DNA of 64,000 bases from Algiphilus sp. (GTDB lineage Bacteria; Pseudomonadota; Gammaproteobacteria; Nevskiales; Nevskiaceae). This document shows, piece after piece, positions 48,887 to 56,317 of the stretch. The position numbers and the translations under genes are program-made. The notes under the pieces were generated by a model, which searched no databases, was not told where the DNA came from, and saw nothing but the letters and a program-made list of their open reading frames with translations. How positions within the stretch are numbered: the first letter of the stretch is position 1; every line of letters begins with the position of its first letter. Location: NCBI RefSeq assembly GCF_965216485.1, contig NZ_OZ244162.1:865385-929384 (forward strand), in the 5' to 3' direction.

Positions 48887-49630
48887 ATGACCCACCTGCT
48901 CTGGGGGGATGCCCTGTTCTGGCTCTTGGCGGTGGTGGGCGTCTTCCTGACCGGCATCTCCAAGAGCGGCTTTGCCGGTGGCGCCGGCGTGGTGGCGGTG
49001 CCCTTGCTGGCGCTGGTGGTCTCACCGGCCCTGGCCGTCACCCTGATGCTGCCGCTCTTGCTGGTCATGGATGCGCAGATCATCACGCATCACCGCCGCA
49101 CCCTGTGCCCCGGCGAACTGCGTGCCTTGCTGCCGGCTGCCCTCGTCGGCATTGCGCTGGGCAGCTATCTGCTGACCGCGCTGCCCGAGGCGCCGCTGCA
49201 GCTGCTGCTGGGCGGCATGTGCATCGCCTTTGCCGCCGTGCAGTGGCGGCGGCCGCGTCTCGCCGCGCGCCGCGGGCTGGGTGCCGTGATGGGGGTCATC
49301 GCCGGTGTCACCAGCACGCTGATCCACGCCGGCGGTCCGCCGCTGAACATGTATCTGGCCACCCGGCAACTGGCACGGGCGGTCTGGCTGTCCACTGCGG
49401 CGGCCTTCTTTGCCAGCATCAATGTCGTCAAGGTCTTCGCCTATCAGGCGGTCGACCTGTGGGAGCTGGACGCGCTGCTGCTCAGTGCCGTGCTATTGCC
49501 GGTGGCGGTGGCCGGCATTCTTGCCGGGCATCGCATCCAGGCGGTGCTGGATGAGGCCACTTTTCAGCGCGGTGTCATGCTCTGTCTTGGATTCTCGGGG
49601 CTGCTGCTGATCGCCAAGGGGTTGGCGTGA
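48887..49630 (+). CDS. Sulfite exporter TauE/SafE family membrane protein
   Basis: 247 aa, polytopic. GISKSGFAGGAGVVAVPLL and GGPPLNMYL are typical TauE/SafE motifs. Confidence 0.85.
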   Translation: MTHLLWGDALFWLLAVVGVFLTGISKSGFAGGAGVVAVPLLALVVSPALAVTLMLPLLLVMDAQIITHHRRTLCPGELRALLPAALVGIALGSYLLTALPEAPLQLLLGGMCIAFAAVQWRRPRLAARRGLGAVMGVIAGVTSTLIHAGGPPLNMYLATRQLARAVWLSTAAAFFASINVVKVFAYQAVDLWELDALLLSAVLLPVAVAGILAGHRIQAVLDEATFQRGVMLCLGFSGLLLIAKGLA

Positions 49631-49651
49631 TGCAGCGGATGCCGGCACCGC

Positions 49652-50839
49652 TCAGCCGAACAGCCGCATGGCGTACCAGTAGACGCCCATGCCGGCAGCC
49701 GAGGCGGTCATTGCCGGCGCCAGTGGCAACCGGACGCGGTTTGCTGCGCGTAGCAGCGGCCAGGCGATGGCAAGCAGCAAAAGCTGCCCGGTTTCCACCC
49801 CGAGATTGAAGCCCAGCAGCGCCAGCACGCGCGACTCCGGCGGAAGCGCCATGTCGTTGAGAATGCCGGCGAAGCCGAAGCCATGGAACAGGCCGAAGGC
49901 AGCAGTCAGGGTCAGCCGCAGCGCAGCGCCTTGGGCGGCATCGCGTGTCGCCAGGCCCATGTAGCTGATCGTGGCGAGCACGATGCCCGCCACCACCAGC
50001 CAGGGCATCACCGGTGACAGCGCCGCGAGCAGCAGCAATGCCGCAGCCAGGGGCACCGCGAGGCGGCGCGCGCCAGCATCCTGACGCACCGCGCTGTCGA
50101 GTGCGACCAGCACGATGGACAGCGCGATGAAGGCTTCCACCGCGCCACTGTCGGGCCGGGCGATGTCCAGAACCGCCAGCGCCAGGGTCAGGCTGTGACC
50201 GACGGTGAAACCGGTGGCGAGGATGACCACTTCGCGCAGGCGGCGCGCAGCCACGATCAAGGCGAGCAGGAAGACCAGATGATCCCAGCCGGTGAGGATG
50301 TGGATCACGCCCAGCGCGAAGAAGGCGGAAACGCCTTCGGGGGCGTTGCCGCTATCGGCACGCTGATCGGCACGCCAATGCCAGCTGTGGGCATCCCGCG
50401 TGAGTACCGCAGTATCCGGGGCGTCGGCGTCGCGCTGCAGGCTGGCGACATGGCTGTGCGCGACGTCGCTGTCGGCGAACAGGCGAAGCTCCACATGGCT
50501 GGGCGTGCCGCGGCAATGCAGCTGCCAGCGGTGGATGAGGTCGCCGGCGCGCAGTTCTGGCAGCAGCGCCGCCTCGGCGCGGCAGGGCCCTTGCGCATCG
50601 TGCAGGCGAAGGCCGCGCTGCAGCAGGGCCGCCGCTTCGCTGCGATAGTCCGCGTGGGAGGGATGCAGACCCAGTCGGGTCAGCTCCTGCTGGGGAATCA
50701 CCATGCGCACGACGGCCCCGGCGTCGCTGGATTGCCAGAAGCTGTGCGAGCTGCTCCGTGTATGGGCTTCGCTGGCTGCACTCCACCAGGCCAGCAGCAC
50801 GATCAGTGCGCCGCTCCAGCCGAGGCTACGGCTGCGCAT
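49652..50839 (-). CDS. HupE/UreJ-like membrane protein with an extra N-terminal periplasmic domain, copy 2
   Basis: Start moved to MRSRSLGW (signal peptide). Motifs IHRWQLHC, GVIHILTGWDHLVF, GHSLTLAL, EAFIALSI, GLFHGFGFAG and FNLGVETGQL. Colinear with copy 1. Confidence 0.8.
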   Translation of the reverse strand: MRSRSLGWSGALIVLLAWWSAASEAHTRSSSHSFWQSSDAGAVVRMVIPQQELTRLGLHPSHADYRSEAAALLQRGLRLHDAQGPCRAEAALLPELRAGDLIHRWQLHCRGTPSHVELRLFADSDVAHSHVASLQRDADAPDTAVLTRDAHSWHWRADQRADSGNAPEGVSAFFALGVIHILTGWDHLVFLLALIVAARRLREVVILATGFTVGHSLTLALAVLDIARPDSGAVEAFIALSIVLVALDSAVRQDAGARRLAVPLAAALLLLAALSPVMPWLVVAGIVLATISYMGLATRDAAQGAALRLTLTAAFGLFHGFGFAGILNDMALPPESRVLALLGFNLGVETGQLLLLAIAWPLLRAANRVRLPLAPAMTASAAGMGVYWYAMRLFG

Positions 50840-51659
50840 CACTGACCTCGACGCCGTAGCGCGCACGCAATGCGTCCAGTCGCTGTGCCAGCAGCGCTTC
50901 GGCGCGTTCCCGCTGCAGCGCGTTGCGCACGGCGTTCTCCACCTGCGCCAGCGCCGGCGTCCGGGCGTGCTCGCGCGTCTCCAAGCGCAGCACAAGAAAG
51001 CGGCCACCGGCTGCCAGTGGCGCAGCGACTTCGCCGGCTTCCAGCGTTGCGACGGCGGCCACCGCCTCGGGTCCGAGGTAGTCGCGCAGGGTATCGGTCG
51101 GCACCAGGCCATCGGGCAGGGGGGCGCGGTCCGCGGTGGGTGGCTGTGCCGATGGCGCGCGCAGGGTCTCGGCCAGGGTCTGGGCCGCTTGGGCGTCGGC
51201 GGCGTACCAGGCGCGCACATGCAACAGGTCCGGGCCGCGGAAGCGTTCCGCATGGGCGTCGAGATAGGCCTGCAGCGCGTCCGGATTCAGCGCCTCGGAT
51301 TCGGCCTCCATGCGAATCATCGCAAGCACTTCGTCGACCAGGGCATCACGCAGACGCGGGGCGCGCAGCGGCAGATCCAGCGCCTTGCCGTATTGCGCGA
51401 GCAGCCGCTCGTTGATGAGCTGGTCGAGCACGTGTGCACGCGTTGCCGCGTCCAGCGGTGCGCGACGATCCGCGGCCACGGCCTGCAGGGCCTCGCGGTA
51501 TTCGTCTTGGGTGATGCCTTCCTCGCCCACGGTGGCGACCAGCGAGGGCTGAGACTGCAGGGCTGGCGCCTGGACCTCGACCAGGCCCATCATGGCCAAC
51601 GCGAGACCGATCAGCAGGCCCGCGATGAGCCAGGGAGTAAAAGCATGCGGTGCGTGCAA
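50826..51659 (-). CDS. Membrane-anchored parvulin-type PPIase-like protein, copy 2 (possibly catalytically degenerate)
   Basis: N-terminal TM WLIAGLLIGLALAMMGL, with the same length and layout as copy 1. The C-terminal domain has GGRFLVLRL where copy 1 has AGLHLVRV. It overlaps the HupE-like gene by 14 nt. Confidence 0.6.
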   Translation of the reverse strand: MHAPHAFTPWLIAGLLIGLALAMMGLVEVQAPALQSQPSLVATVGEEGITQDEYREALQAVAADRRAPLDAATRAHVLDQLINERLLAQYGKALDLPLRAPRLRDALVDEVLAMIRMEAESEALNPDALQAYLDAHAERFRGPDLLHVRAWYAADAQAAQTLAETLRAPSAQPPTADRAPLPDGLVPTDTLRDYLGPEAVAAVATLEAGEVAAPLAAGGRFLVLRLETREHARTPALAQVENAVRNALQRERAEALLAQRLDALRARYGVEVSDAQP

Positions 51660-51739
51660 GCGAAGGCCTCGTGACTAGGAAGGGAACACGGTAGTTGCTA
51701 GTCTACAATTAGACAAAATGTAAAAAAGCGGGAGGGGAC

Positions 51740-53983
51740 ATGCGCCGGATGCTTCGAAAGGTACTGGTGGTGCTCGCACTGGTCGCGCTGATCATCGGGG
51801 TCGTGATCATCGATCGCCAGGGTATGCCGGAGAGCGCCGGCAACATTACGCAGGCGCAACGCGAAGGCGTGCTCTACGACCAGTTGACCCAGCGCAAGGC
51901 GGCGCAGACGCTGGGCGTGGCAGCGCCCAAGCAGATCCTGTTCGGCGATGTGCATGCGCACACCACCTTCTCGATGGACGCCTTTGCGTGGAGTATTCCC
52001 TTGCTCGGGGGGAGCGGGCTGCACCCGCCTGCCGATGCCTGCGACTACGCCCGCTTTGTGGCCAATCTCGATTTCTGGGCGCTGACCGATCACGCCGAAA
52101 GCCTGACGCCGCGCCACTGGCAGATGATCACTGACACCGTGCGGGCCTGCAATGCGGCGGCGGGCGACCCCACCAACCCCGATATGGTGACCTTCGTCGG
52201 CTGGGAATGGACCCAGATGGGCAATACCGCGGAGACCCACTACGGCCATCGCAACGTCTTTCTGCTGCACGACGATCCGGCGCGTACGCCGGTGCGGCCC
52301 ATTGCCTCCGACAGCGTGGCCTTCCGCGCCATGCGCAACGATCCGCTGAATCCCTTCGAGAAGTATGTCGGGCCCTATCTGGCCGATTTCTCTTCACGTC
52401 AGCGCCAGTTCGATCAGCAGCACAAGCAGGCCGAGCTGCGCAGCGTGCCAATCTGCGAGGCGGGGGTGCCCGTGCGCGAATTGCCGGCGGACTGCATCGA
52501 ACTGGCTGCCACACCCGCCGAGCTCTTCGACAAGCTGCGCGACTGGGGCTATCCCGCCATGGCGGTACCGCACGGGACCACGTGGGGCTTCTATACGCCG
52601 CCGGGTGCGGACTGGGACAAGCAGGTGGTACCGGAGCAGGCCGACGCCCAGCACCAACGGCTGATCGAGGTCTTTTCCGGGCACGGCAATGCCGAGCCCT
52701 ATCGCTCGTGGCGCGCCATGCGGCGTGATGCCGATGGCGCGCCGGTGTGCCCGCCGCCCACGCCCGATTACCTGCCGGGCTGCCACCGGGCAGGTGAGCT
52801 GATCCGGGCGCGCTGCGCCGATCCTGACAGCGCCGACTGCGACCAGCGCGTGCGCGAGGCACAGCAGGCCTATCTCGCCGCCGGCCGGGCCGGGCATCTG
52901 GTAGTGCCGGGGGCCGAGGTGGCAGACTGGCTGGACGCCGGGCAGTGCCGCGATTGCTATCTGCCGCCGTTGAACCACCGGCCGGGCGGGGCCGTGCAGT
53001 ACATTCTGGCCAAGCGCAACTTCGAGGCGACGGATGACGACGGTGCGCCCTTCGGCCTGCGCTTCGGCTTCATCGGCTCCAGTGACAACCACAACGCGCG
53101 CCCCGGCAACGGCTTCAAGGAGCGCGACCGCAGCGCCATTGCCGATGTCTATGGCGCGCAGAGTGGTTTCGCGCAGCGCTTCTTCGCGGACGCCGCCAAG
53201 CGCGACGGCGATGCGGCCCGTGCCGAGCCCTTCGAACTCGGGGCCAGTCCGTACAACTTCCTGCAGGTGAACGAGTCGGAGCGCCAGGCGTCCTTCTTCT
53301 ACACCGGCGGCCTGATGGCGGTGCACAGCCAGGGGCGTGATCGGCGCGCGATCTGGGACGCCATCGAACGGCGCGAGGTCTACGCCACCTCGGGCGAGCG
53401 CATGCTGCTCTGGTTCGACCTGCTCGACGCCGGCGCACGCGTGCCCATGGGCAGCATCGTTGAAAGCGCACAGTCGCCCACCTTCGAAGTGCGCGCATTG
53501 GGCGCCTTCGAGCAGCGCGACGGCTGTCCGCAGTCGGCCATCGATGCGCTTGGCGCGGACCGGCTGCAGCAGCTTTCCGGCGGCGAGTGCTATCACCCAT
53601 CCGATCAGCGCAAAGCAGTCGAGCGCATCGAGGTGGTCCGTATCCGGCCCCAGATCGCGGCCGACGAAGCCATCGACACCTTGATCGAGGATCCGTGGAA
53701 AGTCCTGCCCTGTCCGGCTGGCGGCAGCGGATGCACGGTGCAGTTCACCGACCCGGACTTTGCGGCCGAGGGGCGCGAGACGATCTACTACGTGCGCGCG
53801 CTGCAGGCACCCACTGCCACCATCAATGCCGGTGGCCTGCGTTGCCGCTACGGGCCCGATGGCGCCTGCGAGGCGGTGGACCCCTGCTACGGCGATACGC
53901 GCACGCCGGCCGAGGACGATTGCACGGCACCGGCACGCGAGCGTGCCTGGTCGTCACCGATCTATCTGCAACCGTCGCGCTGA
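51740..53983 (+). CDS. DUF3604 family protein, cysteine-rich, N-terminal membrane anchor, copy 2
   Basis: GGGAGGGG RBS. TM VLVVLALVALIIGVVII. Motifs GDVHAHTTFSMDAF, LTDHAES, SSDNHNARPG, IYYVRALQ and ERAWSSPIYL. 18 Cys. Confidence 0.8.
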   Translation: MRRMLRKVLVVLALVALIIGVVIIDRQGMPESAGNITQAQREGVLYDQLTQRKAAQTLGVAAPKQILFGDVHAHTTFSMDAFAWSIPLLGGSGLHPPADACDYARFVANLDFWALTDHAESLTPRHWQMITDTVRACNAAAGDPTNPDMVTFVGWEWTQMGNTAETHYGHRNVFLLHDDPARTPVRPIASDSVAFRAMRNDPLNPFEKYVGPYLADFSSRQRQFDQQHKQAELRSVPICEAGVPVRELPADCIELAATPAELFDKLRDWGYPAMAVPHGTTWGFYTPPGADWDKQVVPEQADAQHQRLIEVFSGHGNAEPYRSWRAMRRDADGAPVCPPPTPDYLPGCHRAGELIRARCADPDSADCDQRVREAQQAYLAAGRAGHLVVPGAEVADWLDAGQCRDCYLPPLNHRPGGAVQYILAKRNFEATDDDGAPFGLRFGFIGSSDNHNARPGNGFKERDRSAIADVYGAQSGFAQRFFADAAKRDGDAARAEPFELGASPYNFLQVNESERQASFFYTGGLMAVHSQGRDRRAIWDAIERREVYATSGERMLLWFDLLDAGARVPMGSIVESAQSPTFEVRALGAFEQRDGCPQSAIDALGADRLQQLSGGECYHPSDQRKAVERIEVVRIRPQIAADEAIDTLIEDPWKVLPCPAGGSGCTVQFTDPDFAAEGRETIYYVRALQAPTATINAGGLRCRYGPDGACEAVDPCYGDTRTPAEDDCTAPARERAWSSPIYLQPSR

Positions 53984-53993
53984 GGGGCACGCC

Positions 53994-55019
53994 ATGTCCA
54001 CGCAGAATCGCTATCGCCTGATCGGGAGCACGCCCTCCCCGTACTCCAACAAGCTGCGTGCGCTGATGCGCTATCGCCGCATCCCGCACGACTGGGTGCC
54101 GCGCACTGCGGCCATCGAATCCGAGATCGCCCACGTCAAGCCGCAGCTCGTGCCCATGCTGCGCTTTCCGGACAGTGCCGAGTATCGGGTCGACTCGACG
54201 CCGCTGGCCTACGCCCTGGAGGCGCGACACAGCGCGCGATCGGTCATCCCCGACGATCCCGGCGACGCCTTCGTCTGCCAGCTCATCGAGGATTTCGCGG
54301 ATGAATGGCTGACCAAGATCATGTTCCACTACCGCTGGTTCTACGCGGCGGACGCCGATTTCGCACAGGCCTGGATCGTTGACGAGCATCAACCCGGTGC
54401 CAGTGACACGCGCCGCGCACAGGCCATGGAATACATCCGCCAGCGCCAGGTCGGGCGCATGGCGATGGTGGGTTGCACCGAAAATAACGCCCCGCTGCTG
54501 GAAGCCAGCTTCGCGGCCTTGCTCGACGTGCTCGAAGGCCAACTGCACGGCGCGGCCTATCTCTTCGGCTCGCGGCCCTCGCTCGCCGATTTCGCGCTCT
54601 ACGGGCAGCTCAAGATGCTCGCCACCGATCCAACGCCGCAGGCCATCGTGCGCCAGCGCGCGCCGCGACTGGATGTCTGGCTGCGGATGATGGACGACGC
54701 CTCTGGCGTAGAGGGCCAATGGCACCCCACCGGAGACGCGCCCAGTGCCGTGCTGCGCGGCCTGCTGGAGCTTGTCGGTACCGACTATCTGCCCTTTCTC
54801 GTGGCCAATGACGCCGCCATGGCACAGGGCAGCGAGACGGTGACGGTACCGATTCGCGGTGGCCAATTCGAGCAGGCTCCCTTCGGCTATCAGGTGAAAT
54901 GCCTGCGCAGCCTGCGTGCCGGCTTTGCCGCTCTCTCCGAACCCGATCGGGTGCATTGGTCGCCGGTGCTGGAGGCCACGGGCTGCCTGCCCATGCTGGC
55001 CGAGGGGAGTGCGGCATGA
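53994..55019 (+). CDS. Long glutathione S-transferase-like protein, paralog 3
   Basis: Start moved to MSTQNRYRLIG. Motifs STPSPYSNKLRALMRYRRIPH, LIEDFADEWLTKIMFHYRW and LFGSRPSLADFALY. Lies 10 nt after DUF3604 copy 2. Confidence 0.7.
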   Translation: MSTQNRYRLIGSTPSPYSNKLRALMRYRRIPHDWVPRTAAIESEIAHVKPQLVPMLRFPDSAEYRVDSTPLAYALEARHSARSVIPDDPGDAFVCQLIEDFADEWLTKIMFHYRWFYAADADFAQAWIVDEHQPGASDTRRAQAMEYIRQRQVGRMAMVGCTENNAPLLEASFAALLDVLEGQLHGAAYLFGSRPSLADFALYGQLKMLATDPTPQAIVRQRAPRLDVWLRMMDDASGVEGQWHPTGDAPSAVLRGLLELVGTDYLPFLVANDAAMAQGSETVTVPIRGGQFEQAPFGYQVKCLRSLRAGFAALSEPDRVHWSPVLEATGCLPMLAEGSAA

Positions 55020-56317
55020 GTGCCCAGCAACCCCGGCCGCCGCTGAAGGCGCATGTCGCGCACTGGCTGATCCGCCACCAGAATTCTATCCACCGGCTGC
55101 GTGCGCGCGGCTTCGGTCTCGACGCGCTGCGCGGGCGCCCGCCGACCTTGGAGCTCTACTATGAGCCAGGTGACCCGCACAGCCATCTTGCCGCGCAATT
55201 GTTGCCGGCGCTCGGCGAGCGGCTGCGCTGCCCGGTGGTGATTCGCGTGGTGGGTGCGCCCGAGGAGGCGCTTTATCCCGAGGCCGACAAGCAGCGGCAG
55301 TGCGCGCTGGACGACGCTGGCATGGTGGCGCCGGCCTACGGGTTGTCCTTCCCGGCTCAGGCGGTACTGCCGGATGCACCCTCGCGTCAGAGAGCGGCAG
55401 CGACGCTGCTGCAGGCCGCCGAGGCCGGCCGCTTCGCCGAGGTGGAGCCCGGCATCGCGCAGGCGCTGTTTCGTGGCGAGGCCATCGCAGTGCCGGATCC
55501 CAGTCCGGATGCGGACGCGGTGGCCCAGCGACTGGCGGAGAATGGCCGTCGCCGCGCGCGCCTGGGGCACTACCTGCCTGGCATGTGGCAGTTCAATGGG
55601 GTCTGGTACTGGGGTGTGGACCGCATGGCGCATCTGGAGGCGGCGTTGCGCGAAGCCGGCCTGCTGCAGGGCGAGAGCCCACTGCTGCGTTGCCAGCCGG
55701 AAGCCGCGCGCCTTCCGGAAGGCCTGTCGGCACAGGCACCGCTGGAGTTCTTCTACAGCTTCCGCAGTCCCTATTCCTACCTGGCAGCGGTGGATGTGCA
55801 GCGGGCGCAGGCGGATTGGCCGGGGCCGATGCATGTGCGGCCGGTGCTGCCAATGGTGATGCGGGGCCTCAAGGTGCCCGCGCGCAAACGGATGTACATC
55901 GTGCGCGACACGTACCGCGAGGCGCAGCGCCGCGGCCTGCCCTTCGGTCTGGTGGCCGACCCGGTAGGGGCGGGGGCGGAGCGCTGCCTGACCAGCTTCA
56001 CCCTGGCCGGCGGCACCACGCAGCAGTTGGCGCTGCTGGTGTCGGCATCGCGGGCCATCTGGTCGCAGGGGGTGGATGTGGCGACCGACGCCGGTCTGCG
56101 TGCGGTGAGCGAGGCGTCCGGCATGGACTGGGCGACAGTACGCGCCAAGCTCGACGACGGCATGGACCTGACGCAGGCGGAAGCGAACCGGCAGGCGCTG
56201 TTCGCGGCGGGCCTCTGGGGGGTGCCCAGTTTCCGCTATGGCCCGCTGGTCACCTGGGGTCAGGACCGCTGGTGGCTGGTTGAGGAGGCACGTCGCCGTG
56301 TGGCGGCGGGTGTCTAG
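55016..56317 (+). CDS. Tandem DsbA-like / 2-hydroxychromene-2-carboxylate isomerase (kappa-GST-like) two-domain protein
   Basis: ATGA overlap with the upstream stop. The second domain has LEFFYSFRSPYSYLA and WGVPSFRYG. The first domain has LELYYEPGDPHSHLA at the equivalent place. Confidence 0.7.
   Translation: MSAQQPRPPLKAHVAHWLIRHQNSIHRLRARGFGLDALRGRPPTLELYYEPGDPHSHLAAQLLPALGERLRCPVVIRVVGAPEEALYPEADKQRQCALDDAGMVAPAYGLSFPAQAVLPDAPSRQRAAATLLQAAEAGRFAEVEPGIAQALFRGEAIAVPDPSPDADAVAQRLAENGRRRARLGHYLPGMWQFNGVWYWGVDRMAHLEAALREAGLLQGESPLLRCQPEAARLPEGLSAQAPLEFFYSFRSPYSYLAAVDVQRAQADWPGPMHVRPVLPMVMRGLKVPARKRMYIVRDTYREAQRRGLPFGLVADPVGAGAERCLTSFTLAGGTTQQLALLVSASRAIWSQGVDVATDAGLRAVSEASGMDWATVRAKLDDGMDLTQAEANRQALFAAGLWGVPSFRYGPLVTWGQDRWWLVEEARRRVAAGV

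Noticed and set aside
49652-51253. N-terminally extended versions of real genes in the ORF track. Examples: 4900 for glmS, 12036 for TetR, 14907 for FGE, 17212, 19669-20700, 25737, 39444, 39635, 49652-51253, 53760, 54899 and 61891.
   Set aside because: The extensions overlap the upstream gene or run through promoter regions, and they lack family similarity. In each case an internal start gives the canonical N-terminus, signal peptide, RBS or start/stop coupling (ATGA, GTGA), so I trimmed the coordinates.
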